A DNA stretch of 63,962 bases, the filler included, from Choristocarpus tenellus KU-1152 (taxonomy: Eukaryota > Protista > Phaeophyceae): NCBI GenBank assembly GCA_964200185.2. It is 9 parts of 9 records of this genome, joined end to end, with 100 filler letters (N's around TTAATTAATTAA, not from the genome) between each part and the next. Parts side by side here need not be neighbours in the genome. Positions count along the whole stretch, not along the records: positions 3,753 to 19,480 come from CAXNAD020000938.1; positions 19,581 to 33,151 come from CAXNAD020001447.1; 7 more parts are not named here. One strand, written 5' to 3'. The notes below the pieces were generated by a model that searched no databases, was not told the origin of the DNA, and was given only the letters and a program-made list of their open reading frames with translations. Below, in pieces: positions 13,601 to 25,270 of the stretch (positions are counted from its first letter, which is position 1; each line of letters opens with the position of its first letter). Both the position numbers and the translations under genes were made by a program.

Positions 13601-13897
13601 GCCACAAGTGAGAATTCTTGCATCTGGGATGATGTGAGAAGTCATCATCAAAGCACCGTTGGCTGGTCTGACGTATTGCTCACACCCCCAGTACCTGCTT
13701 CTAGTGATGGGGGAACAGTGACTGAAACCCTTGGATTTCATTTTTCTAGGGCAAAGTCTCCAACCCGCCAGTTATCAAATACTTGGAGAACAGGTACAAG
13801 AAGCGACATTATCTCAAAAATCCAGGCAGCAGTTGGTAGGGAAGATAACTCAGGCAATATGTTGTTCTCATCCTCGTCGTGTGCAGATTCAGAATAG
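7671..13897 (+). CDS. ZRANB3-like C-terminal HNH endonuclease-domain protein, 5'-partial; exons 7671-7760, 8590-8718, 9585-9713, 10021-10124, 13249-13897
   Basis: Spliced product reads EKCLACSK..RFCSKSCQE-TYGVKTGNALRRNVYERDRGVCEKCG..WNADHVVAVFE-GGGECDIENLRTLCVLCHTEVTKEQA, the ZRANB3/AH2-type HNH. All junction phases fit (0,0,0,2). A possible upstream exon at 5009-5104 is uncertain. Confidence 0.82.
11000..11990 (-). mobile_element. Ty1/Copia RT-RNase H remnant
   Basis: Degenerate minus-strand motifs in Copia order: LLIHVDGML (YVDD), MTHLDSTLAF (TRPDIAF), RVIGYLKG, LIGYVDA. Confidence 0.55.
12000..12560 (-). mobile_element. Mariner-like family C, 5' fragment
   Basis: Reverse complement aligns by eye with 19656-20180 (CAGAAGTCTGT.CGGGGTCAGGACT; DLCK..KVKVKRW). 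Confidence 0.75.
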
Positions 13898-15430
13898 GCA
13901 AGAAATGAATGTTTAATTCTTGATGGTTGGCATATTTTGTTATATCAACCCTGGACTTGAGGTTTGTACTACCTGTAGCAGGGACTTTGGATGAGGCACT
14001 GCTTGGTTGACCTTTTTACAAGACTGGAAAGAAGCACAGCTGACTAACTGAACGAAAATTGACAAACCTCTTTGAGAGAGGAAGAACATAGGTTTCAATT
14101 TGCAGTTGTGGTTCAAATGGTGCATAAAAATACTTGACTCAGGCTGCACCCTTGTGCATGTTGCCCACGAATATGGCCAAGTTTGTACATAATAGTATGT
14201 TGTGGCAATAATGAACATTGTGTTGCATTGATATTGTTACTAAAATAATGTTGAGCTTGAAATGTTGATTGTGATGTTTCTATCAAAATAGCATGTTCCA
14301 AAAGAATAAGCGGCAAAGTAAGGTACTTCAATTATCTATGTTATCGACCTCTATACATAATATGTGTTATAGGATTTTCGTCATGCTTGTATCTGTATGC
14401 CTTCAGACGCACGAGGAACAGCGTTATGGGAGACTTGGCTTCAATAGACTCGAGAAGAACAAAACCAGGAATGGTTCCACACCTTGGGTGGTGTTTAAAG
14501 GTATCATATGTGGGATTTCTCCATACCCTATGGCAACTTCCGTTCATTGTACATACTTTTATACGAACTTTGCATCTTGGTATACTGTAATAGTCTTGTT
14601 GGCCATGTTTCAATTATTTTATTGAAAGGGCAGTGAACAAGAACGGGTACAAATACATTGCTATACTGGATTGAGATATAGTGGAAAACCAGACAGATAT
14701 GGATTTGTGTGTTCTGTCAACTGACCCCTGCTAAATCGTTCTGTAAACAGTGGATTCGCAAAATTGAGGATGGAGCGGGACTATGAGGATGGATGTTTTG
14801 CGAAAACGGTCTTAAAAAAGTACCGAAAGGCTTTTTATGCGAACACATGTGATGTGTGAGGCGTAGTGTGTGGGGTGTGGGGTGTGAGACAGGAGGATTG
14901 TATTGTTTGCCAAATCAGAGTACTTCACAGAGGGCGAAAATTGGTACAAATTTGGTCAAATACGAATGGAAACCGTCGTGCAACATGGAGAGTTAATAAG
15001 GGTTAGGGTTATTTGTCAACATAGGCGCTAGGACAGGACGAGGACGACTTTAGCAATGGAGTCTCTTATTGTCTGGTTTGTTTTCAGGTATGCCTGATTT
15101 TGTCCTGAAATGGCAACGACACATATACCTCTTCTTATCCATAATAACCAAAATATATTGTTGGATATGATTAGGCGGGATAATAAGAAGGAACTTCAAA
15201 ATTTCTCATCGGTCACCCACTATCTCCATAGTGAAAATACAAAACCATTTTTACATTCTTCCGTTATCGTTGTTTGAAGAGGAAATATTATTTTATTATT
15301 ATTGTAGGGTATTTGTAATTAAAGTGCGATCGATATATGGAGGGAGTTATTGTTCAAAGTCTAACCAAAACAAGCCCAGAGTTTCTCGTGGAAATCGAGG
15401 TTGCAGAAGGTTGAGGACTGAAAATCCGGG

Positions 15431-18400
15431 ATGAAGACGAAGGGCACCAGATACGAAAAGGTGGTCCAGACTGAGGGCCTTATCCAGGCTGGCACTCGGC
15501 ACCTTGAGGTGGGAATTGTCATCAGTTAGACGTGATAGTCGACGCTGTGTTGACCCCGATGCATCCTTGTACAAATTTCCCTCTTTATTTTACAACATTT
15601 TACCAACTTACAGAAGGGCGATGCTACGAAGGCCCTCCGATCATTCGCGCAAGCAATATCCACACAAGTGGATGAACTGCGAGGACTTCTTCCCAGGTCC
15701 ACTCCATCGTTAGTGCGGAACCAAGGCAACACTTCAAGTATGAGTACTCCAGCTGCGCTTGCCGAAGTCGCTCTAAAGGAGGCAGACAAGGTTCTGGACC
15801 GTAGTGTTGGGCCGTTCTCGAAAGCGCCCATCCAAGGCTCATATGATTCACAATACCCCATTACACGTGAACTGGCCTTAGAAACCTTCTCCTATGAGGA
15901 ATGCCTCGAGAAATTATTCGAAACTCGTCACCGGTGGCTTGCTTGCTTACGCCGTTACGATATGTACACCCAGCAAGCTCATCTTTCCGCGCTATCACCT
16001 AGAGAGTCAGGTGAAGCTCAAGGAGCAGGGGCCTCGGACCCAGACAATCGGGACTTCATTTACTCACCTCCTCTAACATCTCCCAAGACAAGGATTGAAC
16101 AGAACTGCAGTACCCTTGGCTTGATGGTTGACTCAGGACCATCTTATTCTCATAAGATACCTCTCTCCGAGCCCTACCAACTCTGTCCTAGGTGTGGTGG
16201 GTGCAGAACGAGTTGGGACCATACTAGCCCTGCAAATCGGTCAGATTATCTTTTAAACAAGATTACTAGTGCTGGTCCTCAGTCACCGTCATTGCACGAA
16301 GCGTCACCGTCCAGCCTCTTATCAGGGAGGATGGCAAGGGCGTCGGAAGTAGTCCTTAGCGGGGGTTCAGAAATATTTTCTCGCGCATTATACGGGCGAG
16401 AAGGATTGATACTGGATCATTTTTCGGAAGAAATGTCAGATACAAGAAAAAACATGTGTAACCAGGTGGGTTCTACAAGTAGCATAGGGAGATTTGGGGC
16501 CACGTCTTCGGAATTCCCCACTAAATCTGTAGAATCTAGTGGGGGTACAGAATCGTGTGCACTGCTGCTTCATCTATAACACTTAGCATGCGGTTTAGTA
16601 TCTTGTGGATGCATGCATCTCTGTTATTTCCGTCTCAACTGTACCTCGTATCAGGAGATATCCACTGATCCAGTATCACAATGATCACCACAATGACCGA
16701 AAGCTAGCATAGCTACATACACGCAAATCAAGGCAACCGTCTTGTGCTGACTAACAGGATTTACATTTCCCTGGGAAGCAAGAGGGAGACGGGGAGAGAA
16801 AACAAGCCCAGCGGATTGATCCCTCTCACATTCCAGGTGATGCACGTGCTCAACCCCCTGGATTGGTATACTTTGGGTGTTGCAATATTTGCAAAGGACT
16901 GATCTTTGCTGAGCAACAAAGGAAGATGGTGCAAAGAAAAGAGGCAACTGACATCAAGATGGAAAGCAGGAACACTCATGAATATCTTACAGAGGCACAA
17001 TCATCAGGAACAAAGGGAAAGAGAAGACACATCAGGAGAGATCGTGTTGAGACCAGGCACGAAAGATTTAACAAGACTGTATGCCGTTGTGATGAGGAAG
17101 AAGAGAGGGGAATAATAGAAGGGAATGTGCGGCTTACGGGTGGTGTGAAAAATCCGTATTACTCTTGCTCGGGCTCTGTCAATATTGCTAGGGAGGATAT
17201 CACTGAACAAGGAAAAGAATCTGGAAGGGGGACTTGCAACAACACTCCAAACATATTGCGGCAAGTGTGGACACATCCATTGGCCCCACATTGTCAAGGC
17301 TGCAAGCCTCCAACAACAGAGAAAATATCTGGGGATCGTAACAATGATATGATTCACCAAACACGCTTGAGCAGCGATAATACGAACGGTACGGATATAC
17401 TAAAAAGAAGAATGAATTGTGGAAAATATTTTACAGTAGAAAAAAAGGCTCCATTGGAGGACTCAACCATGGAAGACCAAAGCCTTCTACACCATCAATC
17501 CTGTGATGACAGAATGTGGAGTACCCAAAGAGAATTTCATGACAATATGCGGAGTAGTCCAGAGGATTGCTGCGATGACAACTCTTCAACTCCTGGGGAG
17601 GAGCAATGGCAAAGGCAAGGTGGTGAACCCTGGCAATTACCATCGCTGAAGAGGTTGAGCAGACCATCCTCTGGAACAACCGATACAACTGCAAAGAGTA
17701 GAGAAGTACTGATTGGTGATGTGACTGAAACGTTATCAAGCAGAAAAAGTGGAGATTGGAGAAGCAGTAAGTCCATGCAGGGCCACAGCAAAGGAAGAAA
17801 AAAGTGTTGGGATCGAGACTCTATCAGAGTTGCAAGGAGGAAAAGAGCCGGTAAAGTATATTGGGGTGATGAATGGCAAAGAGGAGAAGGAGGACAAGAT
17901 AACATGACAAACATGACAGGGGTTGATAAGCACAGCAGTGGGAAGCACATCACATCAAGGGAGCAGGGCGTTGGAGTGGAGGATGAGAGGAGGTCTGACT
18001 GGCAAGGAGCTGTTGGTGACGGGCATGGACAAAATGAGGTCAATGGTTTGATTGCCCTTGTGGGCTGTGACTTTTACATTGTGATGGCAAATATGTCACT
18101 CTGCAGTATTTTGGATCTAGCACACATGACATATATTGATGACAGCCTGCATCTCACCAATACATTAGTACATACACCGTAGTATGTTGGTGTATTCCAC
18201 CCTTTGAACCTTAGCAAGCAGGACCAACTTCAGTAGTAGTGTGGTCGGTCCAATGAGATCTGATGTAAGGAGTACTATCTTCAATGTTGCACCTGGTCCA
18301 AGACGATTCAGACGAAGGATTCTTATTTAGAATGTACAAATGTAAATTTTATACTGTACAAAGAGTGAACAATAACAAAAGGCGTATCTCACCATTTTTT

Positions 18401-18712
18401 TGTGGTCAATTTAGGTAGACTCATCAGAACTTCTACTCTGCAGTGGTTGCAGTATTGTAGATGTATAGGCAGAGCATTAAAAAAATAGAATATCTTGGTT
18501 GTCTATTTTGATCATATATTCAAAAACTAAATTCTGCAGGATAATCAAATGTTTAAACCATGCCTTACCCTTTCGGTTGGTGTCAGTACATTGGCAAAGA
18601 CAGCACAAGGTTGTTGGAGGAGATCAAGAAGAAAGATGAACAAATAAGGATACTCCGGACTCAGCTAAATGCTCTTGGAGAGCAACCTATTGAAGATATA
18701 GTCACCCTCGAG
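15431..18712 (+). CDS. Large hypothetical protein, 3'-partial; exons 15431-15508, 15614-about 16550, about 16900-18038, 18587-18712
   Basis: 303-aa and 439-aa ORFs. A phase-0 junction gives LIQAGTRHLE-KGDATKALRSFAQAI (TPR-like helix pair). The last exon is coiled-coil-like (LLEEIKKKDEQIRILRTQLNALGEQP). The junction between the two long ORFs is unresolved. Confidence 0.6.
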
Positions 18713-19480
18713 GTGATACTGATCTCTTACTTTCATAGCATTTGGGGATCCCTGCAAATGTTATTGATTGGAAGTGAATCTTTGTTTGGTAGTGCATGCC
18801 CCTTCTTATTGTCTGCTGTTTACTTTAAGGCTATCTTATAACCATCAGCATAGAATATCAATATTGCAGTATGGAGTAGAGTGCATAACTAGTGTAAAGA
18901 AAGCCAGAACACAAGAGGGGGTGGGTGACGTGCTGCCTATATATTAATATGATGATTTTGATCATATTATTGTCCGTCTTGTTGTCACCTAGTGTTAATT
19001 CTCTTGGTACTACTATCATTTTACTCTATATCAAACTTTATTTGTTCAACCTAAACGGACCTGTGATCTTAGAAGCACACACTAGAATTGCTCCACACAA
19101 CAATTGCACTCTCTATATCATCGTTGAGATTTGAAGTCCTGTACAGCACTGCAACATATGCTTGTAACTGCTGAGAAATGATGGATTTGCATTGCTTCAA
19201 CTCAAACCCTGGAACAATGTGCCAAACTTGAGACATGCACTGAGGTACACACTCCTACTCTATACACCCTGCTACATCACCATCACAGTATTGGTAAACG
19301 GTTCTAGAGTGGCCACTGAAGCGTTACCTTTCACTGTAGTGTGCCTTCCATTGTCAAAATGTTCAACTCTTGACGGAGTAATATTTTTATGTTATAACAA
19401 CCTCCATGTTAACGTATCTTGGGGGGGGGGGGGCATACCCCGGGGGGTCAATTCGGCCCCTTCCATGGGAAGTGGAATTA

Positions 19481-19580
19481 NNNNNNNNNNNNNNNNNNNN
19501 NNNNNNNNNNNNNNNNNNNNNNNNTTAATTAATTAANNNNNNNNNNNNNNNNNNNNNNNNNNNNNNNNNNNNNNNNNNNN
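19481..19580. other. Artificial contig linker
   Basis: N44-TTAATTAATTAA-N44. Confidence 0.97.
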
Positions 19581-19655
19581 CCCCAACAGCGTGAAAATCG
19601 AAAAAGGGGGGAAGAACGGGAGGCGCCACCCCCCCCCCCCCAGATACTATGACCC
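19581..19655. mobile_element. MITE family B, right-end fragment
   Basis: C-tract + AGATACTATGACCC. Confidence 0.65.
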
Positions 19656-21310
19656 ATTTGATGGGTTCAAAAACCTGACGAAACTGGCAAAAAGGGTGTT
19701 TATTCGTATACACGTAGGATCGAGGCCCCCCTTTGTTTGCTCATCCCGTCGTCACCTGTCAGTCTCAATTCTTCGACTCAGAAGTCTGTCCGGGGTCAGG
19801 ACTAAAGCACCCGGATGAAGAACAGCATGGTGGTGCGGTGCCTGGAGGCAAGAGAGTACGAGATTCGGATGCCTCAGGGGACGGCAATGGTCATCCTGAA
19901 GGACTTCAGAATATCCTGAATCACTGTGCTCTGTCATCTGAAGGAGTATGACAGCCAGATCGCACGGGATGAATGCATCGACCTTGTTTGATATTACAAG
20001 GGGTGATGTGGTTGCTGTACAAGTATCCTCAACGTTTGGGATGCCCCATCTGTACACCCTACATTCTTCTGCAAATGGGCAGCCAAAGCTGGGGTCTCCC
20101 TTCCCTCTTTGTGGGATCTATGCAAGGGCAAGAATGTGAAGAAGGTCAAGCGGTGGATTGAGCCAGTCCTCTCAGAGCAGCAGAAAGTCAGCAGGGTGGA
20201 TTGCGTCATAAGCCACACGTGCAGGAGGGAGAGAAGTGGGGTATTAGTGGACGATCTATACAGGGTGCTATGGACGAGAAGTGGTTTTGCATCCTCAAAG
20301 ATGAGCAAGGTGCGCACCTGCACCCACGGAGGACCCCTCCAACCCCCCACGGGAACAGAATAGGTGTTGCATTATGAAGGTGATGTTCCTTGCAGCTGTG
20401 GCCTGCCCTAGGAAGCGAGATCTGGCCAATTGCGGGCACTAAGGTCGCCCAGTGCTCCAACAAACACCACCCTAAGAGCACCAAGGTGCTTGTACCAGCC
20501 ATAGTGGACGGAGAGAGGAATAAGCTCATAATCGAAGATGTATCCTGGCAATCAAGAGCCAAAGTACCTTAGAGGGTAGAGTCACGTCCGTTTGGCGGTC
20601 AAAACCCAATGTTGAAAGTTTGATGTAATTTTGGTTATCATGTTTGTTAGGAAGTGTCAATATTCTTGTTCTGGACACATCTTTTCATAGCATATATATT
20701 TTACTTACTCCAAACCATTTCTGAGTAGGGTCATCAAAAAACTGGTGGGAACCCAAGCCCCAAATAATGGACAAACAAGGAAAAACTCCTACCCTCTACG
20801 ATACTTTCACTCTCAAGGCCCATATGCCTAGGCCAGAAGGACACATCATCTTCTTGCAGCAGGACAGGACAAAGGCACACACCAAGGGGGGGAACATGGA
20901 TACAATCGAGGAGGCGGCAGGGGACAACATTGTCATTGAGACCCATCCAGCCAACTCACCTGACCTAAACGCCAACAACCTGAGATTATTCCATTCCATC
21001 CAGCTACTGAACGAAGACATGGGGTTGACCAACACAGAGGAGCTGGTGGAGACCACAAGAGATGCGTTCGATGTGTACTCCTGGGAGACACTAGAGCGCG
21101 TCTGGTAGAGCCTCTTCGCAGTCTGCGGTGTAGTGGTGGGGTCCAAGGGTGACAAAATCTTCAAAATTCCGCATCTTAGCAAGGAAAAGTCTGAGAAGGC
21201 GTGCAAGCTCCCCCTGAATGCCACAGTGGGTGCGACGAAATGCCTTACTGGAATGGGGTTTTGGAGGGCTTCAGTGGCAGAATCATAGATAGGTGTAGGC
21301 TGCCCCATAT
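19656..21310 (+). mobile_element. Degenerate Tc1/mariner (plant-mariner-like) transposon, family C
   Basis: Frameshifted transposase: KRWIEPVLSEQQKVSRVD and AIKAHMPRPEGHIIFLQQDRTKAHT...HPANSPDLNANNL.LFHSIQ...ETLERVW. Interrupted by a MITE. Ends not defined. Confidence 0.82.
20556..20812 (-). mobile_element. MITE family A inserted in the transposase
   Basis: TIR GAGCCAAAGTACCTTAGAGGGTA / TACCCTCTACGATACTTTCACTC; TSD TCAA/TCAA. Confidence 0.9.
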
Positions 21311-21317
21311 TGTTTGA

Positions 21318-21577
21318 GAGCCAAAGTATCTTAGAGGGTAGAGTCGCGTCCATTTGGGGACCAAAATCCAATGTTCCGATTTTTATGTAATTTTGGCTAT
21401 CGTGTTTGTCAGGAATTTTCAATATCCTTGTTCAGACACACCTTTTCATAACGCAAACGTTTGACCTAATCCGAAACAATTTGGAGTAGGAAATTGTCTT
21501 AAAAAAACCCGTGGGAGAAGCCAAGACCCAAACAGACAAATAGGGCAAAACTCGTACCCTCTAAGATACTTTCACTC
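21318..21577 (-). mobile_element. MITE family A
   Basis: Both TIRs intact; TSD TGA/TGA. Confidence 0.9.
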
Positions 21578-22130
21578 TGAGATTTTGGTGGGCAACCGTT
21601 TTAAGGTCTGCACAATACACATATAAAATATGAAGATGTGATTTAAAAAATCTTGCTTCTTCATCAGGGCTGCAAAAGGTATGTTACGTTTAATTCTGAA
21701 CCGAGGAAATACAACAATATTGTGATGTTGATTCTGCAACACCATGAAGAAGACCCATCATATACGAGGGGGCGGGTCAGGTGTTCATTGGGGGCCTGTG
21801 TGACCCTGATGTGATTTCCATGTCATATGAGTAAATTTGTCAGATGTAAGGGCAGTGTTCTTCATCTGAACACACCTTCCTTTTCCATCCCTTTCACTGA
21901 ACGTTCAAAGGAACATTCTCAAAATGGGCATCAAACTGGGGTATCTTACAACACCTCATGAAGCCTCGAATGAACAACCTGGGCTAAACATCCCCCGCTC
22001 TAGGATACTACGGCTCAGAAAAACAGAAAAGGGAAATAACACACGCGCACATCCTTCAAGCTTAGACTCATTCTTGGCCCCCGTAAGTTCAAACCAATCA
22101 CACAACAACTGTGAGGAAAGCTTGCCGTTG

Positions 22131-22303
22131 GGCTCAAAGTATCTGGGGGGGGGGGTGACCGCTGTCCATTTGGAGCCCATTGTTCCATTTCGCAATTTTT
22201 GCGTGATTTGGTTGCATGTGTCGGATGGATTATGTTAGTGCACTTTTTGTGGTTATGGTCCAAATGGACACCCTGTTGTAAACCCCCCCAGATACTTTGA
22301 GCC
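22131..22303. mobile_element. MITE family B (about 175 bp)
   Basis: TIR GGCTCAAAGTATCTGGGGGGG / CCCCCCCAGATACTTTGAGCC; TSD TTG/TTG. Confidence 0.9.
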
Positions 22304-22416
22304 TTGCATAATTAAAAAAAATGTTCATCGTGCTGTCCACTTTGATCCACACTGGACTTGGTCACCTTCTGTGAGCTAAAGGTCATGATCGGTTGCTTCC
22401 TGTGATCAATACCAAA

Positions 22417-22660
22417 GAGTCAAAGTATCTTGGAGGGTAGAGCTGTGTCCATTTGGTGACCTAAATCAAATGTTACGATTTTGATGTAGTTTTGGCCATC
22501 GTATTTGTTAGGAAGTGTCAATATCCTTGTTCGGGATATATACATTATACCTACTCCAAATGATTTCGAAATAGGAAAATGTCATTGAAAGAAACATGGG
22601 AAGCCAAGCCCCAAACGGACAAACAAGGGAAAACACCTACCCTCTAAGATATTTTCACTC
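22417..22660 (-). mobile_element. MITE family A
   Basis: TIR GAGTCAAAGTATCTTGGAGGGTA / TACCCTCTAAGATATTTTCACTC; TSD AAA/AAA. Confidence 0.88.
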
Positions 22661-24552
22661 AAACATAGAACTACATCATAATAAACCAACCCAAAAAATC
22701 TTCAGCAATAATAAAAATATATAATAATGGCACTACTCAATGAGAACAGAAAGGAAAAACCAACACTCCCTCACACTATACACCTCGAAGAGGTCCTTCC
22801 ACCATAAGCAAAGCTTTATCGCGACCGTATTCCAAGCCAAGGGAAACATACTCCTTAACAACCCTTGCCCAACGTGCACCTGGTTCGAAATAGTTGAGGT
22901 TGTGAAGTAAACTACTGCAAGTTTCCGGTAGCTCTAATGTCATGGAACTTGGGATTGCTGGGAATTTGCCCGTCTGTTGTTATTCTCTATTGCGACCCAT
23001 GAAGGATCGGTGAGCGCAATTGTGGCTTTGTCGCTCGGTAGGTCTTTCTTGCTTATACCTGGTCTTCTTCTGATCAAGCTCTTCTCGTGAAACTGGTTCG
23101 CTTTTCATAAGATCAAAGAAATCACTGGATCAGAGGATTGCAAATAATCCAATTGAATCACCATGGACTTGCTTGTTCCTACATCCTAGGTTAGTTGTTG
23201 TAGTCATCTGCAGCTATCAATGGTTTTAGCCTCTTCTGGGGCGGAGTATTATGTGGAATATTAAACCATTCATGATCCCTCCCATTCAAATTTAGTCAGG
23301 CATCTCTCCTCATCAGCACTGGAGTAACCAGGTCTATCTTACTTTTGGAAAAGTTCACTACTCTGTCTTCCTTCCTACCATCTCCAAATTGGATGGCTTT
23401 ATTTTCATTTCCAGACCCTTGGATAGCCTTCCTCCTGATATTGTCTGTGTTCTACTGGGGGTAATTAGACGCCTCTCTGTGTCCTGAACGCTACACTACG
23501 ATCTGAATTGGTTTGCGCATTTTGTGGACATTTGACAGGAAGGGTCTCTGGAGGCAGTTGAGGATATCTTCCTATCCCAGGTACAACGACAATGGTTATT
23601 GTGTCCCACACAATTGACTGTCATGTCGACCCTGTCGCAACTGCAAGTGGAGGAATCAACAACAATGGGAGCTACCTGTGGATAAACTACCCCAACCTCA
23701 GACCCTGGGGCTGTTGCAAGTGGGTATTCATTGGTGGTGGCTCTGAACACATGTTTATACTGCGAAGAACTATGAACCATGACTCTATTCAAGTTATATA
23801 AAAGTCTATGTTTAGGTGGCCAAGGCTAAGAGAAGTAACTTTTAAAGTTCTCATAAATCCCGGACCAGAAGTGCCAAGCGAATTGAGGGGTAAGCAGGGT
23901 TGCATTTTATGGATCCCGAGAAAGGGCAACAAAACGCCATTTTGTACAATTAATTACAGAAATAATTTTTGCTGATTTTGACGCCACTCTGCGTGTAGAA
24001 AGGGGAAGTGTCAATTTTGCGTACAAAATAATGAACATAAAGCAATGAAATTAACTATATTGTACAAGGGCAAGAAAGATGGCTTAGAATGCAAAAGTGT
24101 CGAACCTCTTGGTTTCGCTCAGAAATATAGATCGACCAAGTAATTCGTTCGTCTTCTATGAGTGGCACCATCGAATCTAGATCTATTTTTTGTGTTACAG
24201 GTTTATTATGTCCGTCAGCTTTTGATCCAACACCTTGACTTCAACATTCGCACACAACATTTGAGGAGATGGGGTGCTAGAATACATATATATTTTAAGG
24301 TAGTAACTAGTATTGATCTTGTACTATTTATGATATCTGGTTTGTCTATATGATGAAATTTGAATCTGTTGAACACCCTTCATACGACCAATCAAACAGG
24401 AAGTCCGATTGTTGTACTGATTGGAAAATATATTTTGGATAGGATAAAGGTGTACCCCACATGGTGTACGTCAGTCATCATTATTGACCTTGTCAACTGT
24501 GAACCTCCCCTCACTTGTTCCAACAATCGTTTATCGCTCTCCCCGCACTGAG

Positions 24553-25270
24553 ATGGGTTTGACGGAGTACCTGGTACCCTTCTTATCCGGGGGGATAACA
24601 GTTGTTGGTGTGAAGGTGGCAGGTGAGAGAAGAATTTACTGCAGTTTGCACTTTCTTGCTATCCCCAGATAAAATACCCCGCTTCAGTCCATAAACCCTC
24701 TGGAGTGGCTTAAGGTGTCGAGGAGAGATAACGGCTCCCACTTTTTGAAATCCATTTCTCAGGCATGTACTTCTCGCCTCAACTTGCGGCCGTCATTGGG
24801 GCTTTTCCCTTGGGCATGATATCGTCAGGGACAATCAGTGACATGACCAAGTTCAAGCTGTACTTACATAACTACCCCTGTATGGTTATCGTGCTACTAG
24901 TTTCCCTAGCGGCATACCGCTATTGTATCTTTACCAAGAAGCTTCCAAGGTCTGACGCGTTACAGAAGGTATGTGCTGAGACGTGCCATTTTGAAATCCT
25001 CGCGCCCTGATGACATTCCTGTATCATGTCTCCTCCCCAACCTTTTCTTGATGGCAACTTCGAGTCAATCTCCAACACGCACGTAAACGAGTCATCCCAT
25101 AAAAGGCGCACCGCACTTGCCGTCTGCATCTGAAATGTAGCTTATTAACCAATCTATCCTGTCCCTGCTGTGCCGAGTCGCAGGCGGTGCAGGTGTGGGT
25201 AGTTGTTGGGGCAATAGCTTACAAGACGATCATGCGTGGTTCAGCAGACCCACCTGCTGCATCTGCATAG
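24553..25270 (+). CDS. Complete 120-aa multi-pass membrane protein, DUF3147/GlpM-like; exons 24553-24622, 24763-24968, 25184-25270
   Basis: ATG to TAG across two GT-AG introns (phases 1,0): MGLTEYLVPFLSGGITVVGVKVAGMYFSPQLAAVIGAFPLGMISS...MVIVLLVSLAAY...AVQVWVVVGAIAYK. About four hydrophobic segments. The gene model is strong; the family call is by eye. Confidence 0.75.

Noticed and set aside
17004-18043. Antisense ORFs of 100-168 aa
   Set aside because: They are shadows of the long plus-strand exon.
19656-21577. Mariner transposase as the autonomous partner of the MITEs
   Set aside because: The MITEs interrupt or flank it with their own non-TA TSDs, and their TIRs are unrelated to the Stowaway-like TIRs of family D.
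22690-23800. LTR retrotransposon fragment (PPT-like GAGGGAG-TGTTG on the minus strand; WVFIGGGSEHM on the plus strand)
   Set aside because: The signals are on opposite strands and too weak to call.
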